A stretch of DNA of 64,000 nucleotides, taken from the NCBI GenBank assembly GCA_001822835.1, contig MHSS01000002.1, forward strand, positions 1,060 through 65,059, read 5' to 3'. Below the pieces are notes generated by a model that saw only the letters and a list, made by a program, of their open reading frames with translations, was not told the origin of the DNA and made no database searches. Origin of the DNA: Candidatus Terrybacteria bacterium RIFCSPHIGHO2_01_FULL_48_17. Lineage in GTDB: Bacteria > Patescibacteriota > Minisyncoccia > Terrybacterales > 2-01-FULL-58-14. Below, in pieces: positions 54,284 to 63,612 of this stretch. Position 1 is the first letter of the stretch; every line of letters starts with the position of its first letter. A program made the translations under genes and the position numbers.

Positions 54284-57200
54284 ATGGATTTTTCGAAAAG
54301 CGAAGAAAAAATACTTAAAAGTTGGGAAAAGGGGAAAACCTTTAATGCTTCCCTTAAGGCAAGGGCCAAAGCTCCGCGTTTTATATTTTTTGAAGGACCG
54401 CCAACTGCCAATGGACGGCCGGGTATTCACCATTTATTGGGGCGCGCTTTCAAGGATGTTGTGTGCCGGTATAAAACTATGCGGGGCTTTTTGGTTGAAC
54501 GTCGGGCAGGATGGGATACGCATGGCCTTCCCGTTGAATTGGAAGTGGAAAGAGAGCTTGGGCTGAAGGCCAAGCAGGATATCGAGCAATATGGCATCGC
54601 CCGTTTTAATGCCCGCTGCAAAAAAAGCGTTTGGAAATATAAAGATGAATGGGAGAAATTTACCAGGCGTATCGGTTTCTGGATTGATCTTAATGACCCG
54701 TATATCACCTATACCAATGGCTATATTGAAACGCTTTGGTGGATCATCAAAAATATCTACGACCAAGGACTTTTGTATGAGGATTTTAAAGTAGTGCCAT
54801 GGTGTCCGCGGTGCGGATCGACGTTATCTTCTCACGAAGTGGCGTTGGGATATGAGTCGGTTTCCGAAAATTCCTTGTACGTAAAATTTAAAGTAAAAGG
54901 CGAAGCAAATACGTATATTTTGGGATGGACCACAACCCCTTGGACTTTGCCGGGTAATGTTGCGTTGGCAGTGGGCAGCGACACCGATTATGTAAAAGTA
55001 GAATTTTCGGGCATGGATGGGATTTATATTCTTGCAAAAGATAGCGTTGGACGGATAAGCCGTGCCCTGCAGCTAACTGGTGAGGTTTCTGGATCGGTAC
55101 TAAAAGGGCATGAGCTTGTCGGTTTTGCATATGAGCCGCTGTTTGATATTCCCGAAACACAAAACGAAAAAAGCCATAAAGTGTACGCAGCTGATTTTGT
55201 AAATACCGACGAGGGAACAGGTATTGTGCATACCGCCGCGATGTACGGGGAAGACGACTATCGGCTTGGTGTGCGCGTGGGTTTGCCAAAAGTTCACACC
55301 GTTGATGAGGAAGGAAGATTTCTGCCAAATGTTCCAGCGGGTCTTGCCGGTCGGCAGGTTAAAGCAAAAGATACCGAACAAGACATTCTTGCACATCTTA
55401 TAAAACGCAATCTTTTGTTTAAGGAGGAGCAATATACGCATGACTATCCTTTTTGTTGGCGCTGCAAAAGCGCATTGCTTTATTACGCCAAAAGGTCATG
55501 GTTTATTAAAATGTCGCAGCTGCGCGCGAAACTTATTTCAGAAAACGAACGGGTTAATTGGATACCCGAGCATCTTAAGTCCGGAAGGTTTGGCGAATGG
55601 CTTCGTGAGCTTAAGGATTGGGCGTTTTCGCGCGAACGCTATTGGGGAACCCCCTTACCTATTTGGCGATGCGTGGAATGCGGCGAAACCGAAGCAGTCG
55701 GTTCGCTGAAAGAATTGGGAGCTCGCAGCAAGATGAGGAACCGCTATATTTTATTGCGTCACGCCGAAGCGAAGTCCAATGTCGAAAGCTGGGTGTCATG
55801 TATGCCCGAAAAAAAGAGAAGCCCTCTTACTAAAAAGGGAAGGGCACAGGCGAGACAGGCGGCAGATAGTTTAAAAAAATATAAACCAGACGTAATCGTA
55901 AGTTCGCCGCTTGAGCGCACAAACGAAACTGCGGCAATCGTTGGGAATTTGCTTGATCTGCCCGTGATCATAGAAAGCAGGATTCAGGAATTTAAGCTTG
56001 GCACATTTAATACCCGCCCCGTCGATGAATACCACAAGTTTTTGGGGTATAAGCCCGAGGCCCATTGGGATAAAAAACCGCTTGGAGGTGAAACGTGGAA
56101 AGAATTGCGCAAGCGCATGCTTGTTGCAGTAAAGGATCTTGAGAAGAAATACGAAGGGAAAACGATTGTTTTAGTAAGTCATGGAGATCCGCTTTTTGTT
56201 TTGCAGGGAGCGCTTCTTGGGATAGACGAAAATGATTTTGCGGTTTCGTATCGGCACGCATATCCCAAATATCAATCACAAGCAAAGGGAAGGCGTATAC
56301 CATATCCGGAAACAGGAAAGCCGTTGGTATTGCCAAATTATGCATTGCCGCTTGATGAGTCGGGTCGGCCCGATTTGCACCGTCCTTTTGTGGACGAGCT
56401 TACTTTTTCTTGTAAAAAATGCAAGGGCTTTATGCGACGCGTACCAGAGGTCATTGATGTCTGGTTCGATTCCGGCGCCATGCCGTTCGCTTCGCAGACC
56501 GACGCGGATTTGGCCCGGCAAGTTGCGGGGCAGGCGCGGACAGACGCGGGAAATGTTCAGCGTGGGTCAGCGTCCAGTCAGCGTAAGTCAGCGTTTCTCT
56601 ATCCGGCAGACTTTATTTGTGAGGGCATTGATCAGACGCGCGGATGGTTTTACACCTTACTTGCAGTGGCGACACTGTTGGGCCGAGAACGACCATATAG
56701 AAACGTAATTTCACATGGGCATGTCCTTGATAAAAACGGGAAAAAAATGTCCAAATCCCTGGGTAATATGGTAAGTCCATGGGACATGGTTGAACGATAT
56801 GGCGCCGATGCGGTGCGATGGTATTTTTACACCATTAATCAGCCAAGCGATCCGAAACGTTTTGATGAACAAGACGTGAAACGGGTGCAGCAGCGTTTTA
56901 TTGGAACGCTATACAACCTTCTTGCTTTTTGGCATACCTATTCGCGCACAAAAAAGGGTACAGGGTACAGGGTACAGGGTACGGGGTTGACGGTTTTAGA
57001 CAGGTGGATTCTTTCCCGCATAAACACCGTAATCGAACGGGTTTGCCAGTATATGGATGCATACGACTTGGTTAACGCCGCACGGCTTCTTGATACGTTT
57101 GCGGTTGACGATTTGTCTAACTGGTATGTGCGCCGTTCGCGTGAACGTTTCCAGCACCCCAAGAATCGCAGTGAACGTGTTTATGCCGAGGCGTTATTAA

Positions 57201-57862
57201 CACATCTGCTCGAAACGCTTGCGCAAATGATTGCTCCATTTACGCCCTTCGTAGCAGAAGAGATTTTCCATAACGTTTCCGACGGGGCAAGCGTTCATGT
57301 GACCGATTTCCCAAAAACGGAAAAGAAATTGCAATTTATGGAGCTTGAGGCCGATATGGAAAAAATACGAGAGGCAGCAGCGCTTGGGCATGCCGAACGC
57401 AGGAAGGCGAATATCCGAGTACGCCAACCGCTTGCGTCATTAAGCATTGCGCAAGACCTTGTCCCGAAGTCACCGGCAAAAAACGAACTTTTTTCAATTC
57501 TTGCTGACGAACTAAATGTGAAAGAAATAAAAGCGGGGGATGGCCTTCCTGCGCATTCCGTAGTGTTGGATACCGAGCTTACGCCGGCCCTACGCGCCGA
57601 AGGCGTGAGGCGTGAAGTGATACGTATTTTGCAGGACTTGCGGAAAGAGGCGGGGCTTAAACCCAAAGACCGTGTGCGTATGCGCCTTTCGCTTTCTGGC
57701 ACTTTCCACGATGCATTTCATGGACACTACAAGGAACTTGAGAGGGCAGTGGGCGCGCGAGAAGTTTTGTTCGGCAGTAGGGACGAGCGAATAAAAGTGC
57801 GGGCGGAACGCTCCGTGCGGATTGATGATTCGGTTGAGGTGTGGGCAGCAATTATAAAATAG
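54284..57862 (+). CDS. ileS: Isoleucyl-tRNA synthetase (type 2) with an inserted SixA-like histidine phosphatase domain
   Basis: 1192 aa. HIGH (PPTANGRPGIHH), CP1 editing (TTTPWTLPGNVALAV), EGIDQTRGWF, KMSKSLGN. Between the zinc knuckles WRCVECG and FSCKKCKG lies an ~210-aa domain with the SixA motifs LRHAEA, LTKKGRAQARQAA, VSSPLERTNETAA and LVSHGDP. Confidence 0.9.
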   Translation: MDFSKSEEKILKSWEKGKTFNASLKARAKAPRFIFFEGPPTANGRPGIHHLLGRAFKDVVCRYKTMRGFLVERRAGWDTHGLPVELEVERELGLKAKQDIEQYGIARFNARCKKSVWKYKDEWEKFTRRIGFWIDLNDPYITYTNGYIETLWWIIKNIYDQGLLYEDFKVVPWCPRCGSTLSSHEVALGYESVSENSLYVKFKVKGEANTYILGWTTTPWTLPGNVALAVGSDTDYVKVEFSGMDGIYILAKDSVGRISRALQLTGEVSGSVLKGHELVGFAYEPLFDIPETQNEKSHKVYAADFVNTDEGTGIVHTAAMYGEDDYRLGVRVGLPKVHTVDEEGRFLPNVPAGLAGRQVKAKDTEQDILAHLIKRNLLFKEEQYTHDYPFCWRCKSALLYYAKRSWFIKMSQLRAKLISENERVNWIPEHLKSGRFGEWLRELKDWAFSRERYWGTPLPIWRCVECGETEAVGSLKELGARSKMRNRYILLRHAEAKSNVESWVSCMPEKKRSPLTKKGRAQARQAADSLKKYKPDVIVSSPLERTNETAAIVGNLLDLPVIIESRIQEFKLGTFNTRPVDEYHKFLGYKPEAHWDKKPLGGETWKELRKRMLVAVKDLEKKYEGKTIVLVSHGDPLFVLQGALLGIDENDFAVSYRHAYPKYQSQAKGRRIPYPETGKPLVLPNYALPLDESGRPDLHRPFVDELTFSCKKCKGFMRRVPEVIDVWFDSGAMPFASQTDADLARQVAGQARTDAGNVQRGSASSQRKSAFLYPADFICEGIDQTRGWFYTLLAVATLLGRERPYRNVISHGHVLDKNGKKMSKSLGNMVSPWDMVERYGADAVRWYFYTINQPSDPKRFDEQDVKRVQQRFIGTLYNLLAFWHTYSRTKKGTGYRVQGTGLTVLDRWILSRINTVIERVCQYMDAYDLVNAARLLDTFAVDDLSNWYVRRSRERFQHPKNRSERVYAEALLTHLLETLAQMIAPFTPFVAEEIFHNVSDGASVHVTDFPKTEKKLQFMELEADMEKIREAAALGHAERRKANIRVRQPLASLSIAQDLVPKSPAKNELFSILADELNVKEIKAGDGLPAHSVVLDTELTPALRAEGVRREVIRILQDLRKEAGLKPKDRVRMRLSLSGTFHDAFHGHYKELERAVGAREVLFGSRDERIKVRAERSVRIDDSVEVWAAIIK

Positions 57863-57955
57863 TGATCCGGGATCAGAAATCAGTAATCAGTAATCAGTAT
57901 GGGCGGGACTTGCGGGAATGATCTCCGATCCCTGATGTCTGATAACTGATTCCTT
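57863..57955. repeat. composite inverted oligo-repeat hairpin (ATCAGNA/TCTGATN units)
   Basis: gatcagaaatcagtaatcagtaatcag ... atctccgatccctgatgtctgataactgatt, directly after the ileS stop. Confidence 0.6.
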
Positions 57956-57958
57956 GCT

Positions 57959-58525
57959 ATGCGGGCATTAATTCTTCAAACTGAATCAGTAGGCGAGGCG
58001 GATTGGGAGATAACCATGCTTTCCGAGGAGCTTGGTAAGCTGCGCGTCAAGGCCAAAGGCGCTGCCAAAATGGAGTCGAAATTGCGTGCCGGCATTTTGC
58101 CATTTGTTACGAGCGATGTTATGTTGCATCCCCAAAAGAACGGGGGTTTTCTTTTAAAAACCGCTGCACCGTACGTAGAACGTCTATCAATACGAGAATC
58201 GCTTTGTGCGCTTTCGGTGGCAGAGGTCTTTGCCGAGATTCTTTTAGCAATAACCGGGGAGGGGATTGTGGACGAAAAGCTGTTTTTATTTGCGGAAAAG
58301 GCATTTGATGCGCTCGAAGAAGGCAAGGATCCCGTAACGGTGTTTCTCTATGCCGTCTCTGCATTTATTCGGGAAGCAGGTCTTGCGCCTCCCAAAAACG
58401 CTCATGACCTTCCTTTATTTATGCAAGAACACTTCGAGTACCCGCTTGGCAGCTTTTCTTTTATGCAAAAGGCGTGTCATGAGGTAAAATATAGGAGCGA
58501 TGCCCAAGAGACGGTATTTATATGA
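57959..58525 (+). CDS. recO: DNA repair protein RecO
   Basis: 188 aa with an N-terminal OB-fold pattern (ALILQTESVGEADWEITMLSEELGKLRVKAKGA). The C-terminus is shorter than E. coli RecO. Confidence 0.6.
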   Translation: MRALILQTESVGEADWEITMLSEELGKLRVKAKGAAKMESKLRAGILPFVTSDVMLHPQKNGGFLLKTAAPYVERLSIRESLCALSVAEVFAEILLAITGEGIVDEKLFLFAEKAFDALEEGKDPVTVFLYAVSAFIREAGLAPPKNAHDLPLFMQEHFEYPLGSFSFMQKACHEVKYRSDAQETVFI

Positions 58526-59121
58526 ATGCCCCCACTAAAGAATTTATTGCCTTATTAAGCGCAACCACCATTGCCTTGGCAGCTGCCATAATTATGGAAG
58601 ACGCGCAGCCAAAAGCTGCTACGCCGGTGGTTGGGCAACTAGCGCAAGAAAGCGCGACACCGCCGCAAGAGGACGAATTTGCCGGCTGGCAAACCTACCG
58701 CAATGAAGAGTATGGGTTTGAGGTGAGGTATCCAGGAGAATGGATTGTTGCTAATGAAGTATGCCCCGATTATTCTTCTGACGATCTTATCATTTTGGGC
58801 AATAGGGGTAATGATTGTTTTGCTTATGGAAGCTTAGAAGGTTCTTACGAATTTGCAATATCTATTAATGAACAAGAACATGATCTAAACGAAATGATTA
58901 AGGGTAGAGAAGGATTTGTACCTACTGGGGAATTTATTTCCCTTTCTGGGGTTAGGACGGCAAAAGTCTATCCAATTTACACGGCTTTTTATGGGAGAAT
59001 TGAGATGTATCTAAATCATAGATCTAATGGGTTTATGATTGTATTTCCAAACATAGATTACCAAGGAAATTATGATTCAATGTATAACCAAATCCTCTCT
59101 ACGTTCCGGTTTATTGAATAG
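58522..59121 (+). CDS. signal-anchored secreted protein, paralog A
   Basis: 199 aa. N-terminal TM/signal LLSATTIALAAAIIMEDAQPK is nucleotide-identical over ~60 nt to the start of the 59727 gene. Confidence 0.55.
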   Translation: MNAPTKEFIALLSATTIALAAAIIMEDAQPKAATPVVGQLAQESATPPQEDEFAGWQTYRNEEYGFEVRYPGEWIVANEVCPDYSSDDLIILGNRGNDCFAYGSLEGSYEFAISINEQEHDLNEMIKGREGFVPTGEFISLSGVRTAKVYPIYTAFYGRIEMYLNHRSNGFMIVFPNIDYQGNYDSMYNQILSTFRFIE

Positions 59122-59202
59122 AACTATTCCCTAATCTCTATTCTTTGTTTCCTCGCATGTGCGAATCCGGTAACGTTGCAGTGCTTTTAAGGGTTTGCTA
59201 GT

Positions 59203-59415
59203 ATGCATAGTATGAATCCGGTTACCATTCCCAAAAAAATAACCAAAGGAGAGGAACTCGTTATCCTTTCTCGAAAGGAATACGAACGTCTTTCTCAAAA
59301 ACAAGAGGCCGCGCTTGACCGCGATCTCGCCAAAGCGCTTTCTGATGTGCGTTCGGGTCGCCTGTTCGGGCCTTTTCAAAGCTTGCGGGGTCTGAAGAGG
59401 GCGCTTCGCACATAG
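59203..59415 (+). CDS. putative type II antitoxin (partner of the RelE/ParE toxin)
   Basis: 70 aa (VTIPKKITKGEELVILSRKEYERL...), ending 13 nt before the toxin gene. Confidence 0.5.
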   Translation: MHSMNPVTIPKKITKGEELVILSRKEYERLSQKQEAALDRDLAKALSDVRSGRLFGPFQSLRGLKRALRT

Positions 59416-59427
59416 TCGCACAACGGC

Positions 59428-59673
59428 ATGAGATTTTATTTCACCGCACATTTTGCGGCGCGATACCGCAGGTTGAGCCCGCGCGCCAAAACCCAGACCG
59501 ACAAGGCCCTGGGGTTTCTTTTACGCGATCTTCGGCATCCTTCGCTTCACGCAAAGAAATACGATGAGACGCGCGGCATATGGCAGGTGCGAGTAACGAA
59601 AACATACCGCCTCTATTTTCTTATTGAAGGAGAAGCGTATGTCTTGCTTGATGTGAAAACGCATCCGAAGTGA
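59428..59673 (+). CDS. RelE/ParE-family type II toxin
   Basis: 81 aa. LHAKKYDETRGIWQVRVTKTYRLYFLIEGEAYVLLDVKTHPK fits the RelE/ParE core. Confidence 0.7.
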   Translation: MRFYFTAHFAARYRRLSPRAKTQTDKALGFLLRDLRHPSLHAKKYDETRGIWQVRVTKTYRLYFLIEGEAYVLLDVKTHPK

Positions 59674-59726
59674 TAATGCCACACGGCCCGATGTATCGTA
59701 TTGGGCAATTTTGGTACAATAAGAAC

Positions 59727-60371
59727 ATGGAACCCTCCCTCTCAAAGCACCTTTTCATATTATTGGCCGCAACCACCATTGCCTTGGCAGCTGCCATAAT
59801 TATGGAAGACGCGCAGCCAAAGCCGGCGACGCCAGCGTTCTCGCCAGCGCAGCAAACTCAACTATCGCAGCAGGGAAACGAATTAGAACAGGCGTTACCA
59901 CAAAGTGACGATATCTATTCATGTGATTTTTGGAAGGATAAGATTTTTGCTACCACTGATTTTGGTGCTTCAGCGGGCATGGTCGATCTCCGTGGTATCG
60001 TACACAGCGTCCAAACGACGATATGGGATGAGAACGTAACGCGTGTCTATTTTGAAATCAGCCCTCCACAAGAAGAGTCAGCGCGGACTTTTTATCAATA
60101 TTTCTTGGATATGATACGGGAAGGAAATAGCGTTAATACACAAGAAAGCGATGTCTTACAATTTACATTAGGCGTTCTGGAAAACGAAAAAATTGAATCA
60201 TCGGCATACATTTCTGATGCTACGCAATATCGATTGCAAACGGCGCTCGCCTACGCCCTTCCTGTTTCATTACGATTTGTTGTTCCCCTTTATCTTGGCG
60301 CAGGGGCTCCCACAGATTTCAGTTTCGCCTGCAGTATTGAATATCGTATAGTCGATACCCCTATTCCTTGA
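59727..60371 (+). CDS. signal-anchored secreted protein, paralog B
   Basis: 214 aa from MEPSLSKHLF, with the same anchor as paralog A (LLAATTIALAAAIIMEDAQPK) and an unrelated C-terminal domain. An alternative ATG at 59670 overlaps the toxin stop. Confidence 0.5.
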   Translation: MEPSLSKHLFILLAATTIALAAAIIMEDAQPKPATPAFSPAQQTQLSQQGNELEQALPQSDDIYSCDFWKDKIFATTDFGASAGMVDLRGIVHSVQTTIWDENVTRVYFEISPPQEESARTFYQYFLDMIREGNSVNTQESDVLQFTLGVLENEKIESSAYISDATQYRLQTALAYALPVSLRFVVPLYLGAGAPTDFSFACSIEYRIVDTPIP

Positions 60372-60395
60372 TTCCTGATTTCTGATCACTATTTT

Positions 60396-62096
60396 ATGCG
60401 TACCTGGCAATTCAATGTAAGGAAACTGCTTATATGGCTTGTGTTTGTCGTGGCACTTTTTGGCGCTGCCTTATTTATTTTGCGCCGCGGCTTTGACCCC
60501 GGAGACGTCAGCATTGAGCTTAACGCTCCACAGTTTGTTACGGTTGGGGAGGAAGCAAAAATAGTAGCGGTGGTTAAAAACGGCTCGGGTTCCGTGCTGC
60601 GTGATGTTAATGCCACGCTTTTTTTGCCCGAAGGCATAAGCAGCGAAGCGTCCCAAACCCAGCGTCTTGAGCCAATCAACGCTCGTGAACAGCGCACCGT
60701 TGAATTTACTGTTCCCGTTGTGGCAAATGCCCGCGATTTCACTGTACGCACATCAGTTCGATTTCGGGCCGGTACTTTATCCGCGACCTTCGAAAAAACT
60801 GCAGAAACATCGATTTTGGTTTCGGCAGCTCCGGTAAAAATTTCCCTTTCATTCCCTTCAGATATTTCGGCTGAACGTCCATTCACCTTTTTTATACGCT
60901 ATCAGTCCGATGCCACCACAATCCTTGAGAATGTGGGCGTAATACTTCAAAAACCAGGCGGTTTTAGCATTGATCGCGCACGCCCAAGCCACACATCCGT
61001 GGATAGCTTGGCCCTATGGGATATTGGCGCGCTTCGGCCGGGTGAGGAGAGTGAGATTTCCGTAACCGGAAGATTTGCCGCGGGTGATCCCGCCGGTGAA
61101 TTTGTTGCACGTATTGGTTTATTAGACGATAGCCATCGGTCATTGCGTATTATTTTTGCCGGAACGAGCGAGAAACAAACGGCAGCACGCGAGGAACTCG
61201 GGCTTACGGTTTTTATTCAGGAAGTTGAAAATCCCGGAGAGGTTATTGTATTTGCGGGGGATACCATTTCAATCGCCATCGGATACGAGAATAAAAGCAA
61301 TCGCGAGCTTGAAAATGTGCTTGTGGATTTAGGCATTGCGCATCGTGACCTTGACCAAAAAAGCATCATTGCAAATCCGAGTTTCCGTCGTTCGCCTTCT
61401 GGAAGTTTTCGTTGGGATGCCAGTGTTATTCCACAGTTTTCGCAACTTGCCCGCGGAGCATCGGGCCGTATCACCTTTTCTATTAATCTTGCAAACACTA
61501 TTACAATGAATGGGTTTGAAGATGCAAACCAATCATTTCCCATAGAGGTTCGCGTTTTTGCCGAAGGCCGCACGCAGGCAGAACACACAACTACCGCAAA
61601 GATCGGGACGCGCTTGGCGGTGCGAGGGGATATTTATTATAACGACAGCACCTATGTAAATACGGGACCGCTTCCTTTGCGTGTCGGCCAGACAACGACG
61701 TTTACGGTCCGAATACTTGTGTTGGGTGGTACAAACGGTTTTCGTAACGCCATCGTCCGTTTTGTGCTGGGCCCCGCCGTATCATTTGGCGAAACTCTTT
61801 CTCCTAAGGATGCTGCAGTATCGTGGAATGAAGAAACACGCGAGGTGGTTTGGAACATCGGTACATTGACAGCCGGCACGGGGATTTTGCAACCGCCACG
61901 CGAATTAGTGTTTCGTATCGATGCGGCGCCACGGCAGCAAGACCTAGGAGGCCCTATTTCTCTTATCGATACCGTTGTGCTGAACGGTGAAGATGAATTC
62001 ACCGGCCGCACATCCGACGCCCAACTTCCCGGTGCGGGTTCTGACAAATTAAGCGACCAGGGCTTTCGGCCAACAAACGGATATGTACAGCAATAA
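60396..62096 (+). CDS. large surface protein with repeated CARDB/DUF11-like beta-sandwich domains
   Basis: 566 aa. N-terminal TM, then four or more ~100-aa repeats with an alternating hydrophobic beta pattern (..VTV.V.N.G...). Confidence 0.5.
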   Translation: MRTWQFNVRKLLIWLVFVVALFGAALFILRRGFDPGDVSIELNAPQFVTVGEEAKIVAVVKNGSGSVLRDVNATLFLPEGISSEASQTQRLEPINAREQRTVEFTVPVVANARDFTVRTSVRFRAGTLSATFEKTAETSILVSAAPVKISLSFPSDISAERPFTFFIRYQSDATTILENVGVILQKPGGFSIDRARPSHTSVDSLALWDIGALRPGEESEISVTGRFAAGDPAGEFVARIGLLDDSHRSLRIIFAGTSEKQTAAREELGLTVFIQEVENPGEVIVFAGDTISIAIGYENKSNRELENVLVDLGIAHRDLDQKSIIANPSFRRSPSGSFRWDASVIPQFSQLARGASGRITFSINLANTITMNGFEDANQSFPIEVRVFAEGRTQAEHTTTAKIGTRLAVRGDIYYNDSTYVNTGPLPLRVGQTTTFTVRILVLGGTNGFRNAIVRFVLGPAVSFGETLSPKDAAVSWNEETREVVWNIGTLTAGTGILQPPRELVFRIDAAPRQQDLGGPISLIDTVVLNGEDEFTGRTSDAQLPGAGSDKLSDQGFRPTNGYVQQ

Positions 62097-62229
62097 TCAT
62101 TCATAAGCAAAAGGACGGCTTTTCGTACAAGGAATTTCTATTCATTTCTCTTTATATCTATAAGTTTCAGAAATTTATAGAAACGTGCTTCGAGAAACTT
62201 GTAGAGATTCATTGTATATTGCTTCTTCT

Positions 62230-63612
62230 ATGTCAGCCCAAACTCTTGAGACCATTGTTTCGGTAGCTAAGCGCCGCGGCTTTATTTTTCCCTCTTCTGA
62301 AATATACGACGGGTTCCGTTCGTCATATGATTATGGTCCTTTAGGAGTGGAACTTAAAAATGTCATTAAAAAACTCTGGTGGGAAGAGATGGTGGTGAAG
62401 CGTGAGGATATCGTGGGGCTTGATTCGGCAATCCTTATGAATCCAAAAATCTGGGAGGCATCGGGCCACACTTCTGCTGGTTTTGCCGATGAACTTGCCG
62501 AATGCCCGCAATGCCATAAGCGATGGCGGGTTGACCACGTGGAAGGGAAGTGTCCGGAATGTGAAGTGGCGTTGGGCGGGGCGCGTAAGTTTAATTTGCT
62601 TGTGCGTACTCATCTTGGGCCGGTGGAAGACGAAACTACGCTTGCATATTTTCGTCCCGAAACCGCGCAGGGTATTTATGTCAATTTTCCTAACGTTCAA
62701 CAAGCATCCCGGATGAAAGTCCCGTTTGGCATTGCGCAAATTGGAAAGGCATTTCGAAATGAAATTACGCCAGGGCCGTTTACGTTTCGCACGCGCGAAT
62801 TTGAGCAGATGGAAATGCAATGGTTCTGCAAGCCAGGGAACAGGGAACAGGGTACAGGGGACAGAAATCTGAAAAAAAACGAGAAACGAAGTGATCGCCG
62901 GTCTCTGAACCCCGATGACTGGTTTATGTACTGGAAAGAACAGCGCATGCGGTGGTATGGGGATGTTCTTGGGATTGAAGCCGGGCATCTACGATTTCAT
63001 CCGCACGGGAAGGATGAGCTTGCGCATTATGCAAAAGCAGCGTTTGATATCGAATACCAATACCCCTGGGGATGGGGCGAATTTGAGGGCATTCACAATC
63101 GAGGGGATTTTGACCTTTCAAACCACGCCAAACACTCCGGCAAAGACCTTGCGTATTTTGATGAGGAGACAAAAGATCGGTTTATCCCTTTTATTATCGA
63201 GACATCTGGAGGGGTCGACCGGGCCTTACTAGTTACGCTACTCGAGCATTTTGATGAAGAAGAGGTGCGGGGTGAAAAACGTTCGTTGTTCAGATTTCCT
63301 CCATGGCTTGCGCCTGTTACCGTGGGAGTTTTACCGATTGTTCGCAATAACGAGCGCATTGTTGCAAAAGCGCGCGATATCGCCGAAGACATAAGAAAAA
63401 ATGCAATCCGTTTTTTCTACGACGAAACAGGATCTATTGGTCGCAGATACCGTCGGCTTGACGAAATAGGGGCTCCCTTTGCCATCACCATCGATTTTCA
63501 AACACTTGAGGATAACACCGTAACTCTGCGCGGTCGCGATTCTATGGAGCAGCAACGCATTGCATCAGACGAGCTTTGTCCGGTTTTGCATACTAAGCAA
63601 CAAGCACCATGA
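62230..63612 (+). CDS. glyS: Glycyl-tRNA synthetase, archaeal/eukaryal-type dimeric form
   Basis: 460 aa from MSAQTLETIVSVAKRRGFIFPSSEIYDG, with class II motifs 2 and 3. Contains an in-frame GGGNACA-repeat insert (NREQGTGDR). Confidence 0.9.
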   Translation: MSAQTLETIVSVAKRRGFIFPSSEIYDGFRSSYDYGPLGVELKNVIKKLWWEEMVVKREDIVGLDSAILMNPKIWEASGHTSAGFADELAECPQCHKRWRVDHVEGKCPECEVALGGARKFNLLVRTHLGPVEDETTLAYFRPETAQGIYVNFPNVQQASRMKVPFGIAQIGKAFRNEITPGPFTFRTREFEQMEMQWFCKPGNREQGTGDRNLKKNEKRSDRRSLNPDDWFMYWKEQRMRWYGDVLGIEAGHLRFHPHGKDELAHYAKAAFDIEYQYPWGWGEFEGIHNRGDFDLSNHAKHSGKDLAYFDEETKDRFIPFIIETSGGVDRALLVTLLEHFDEEEVRGEKRSLFRFPPWLAPVTVGVLPIVRNNERIVAKARDIAEDIRKNAIRFFYDETGSIGRRYRRLDEIGAPFAITIDFQTLEDNTVTLRGRDSMEQQRIASDELCPVLHTKQQAP

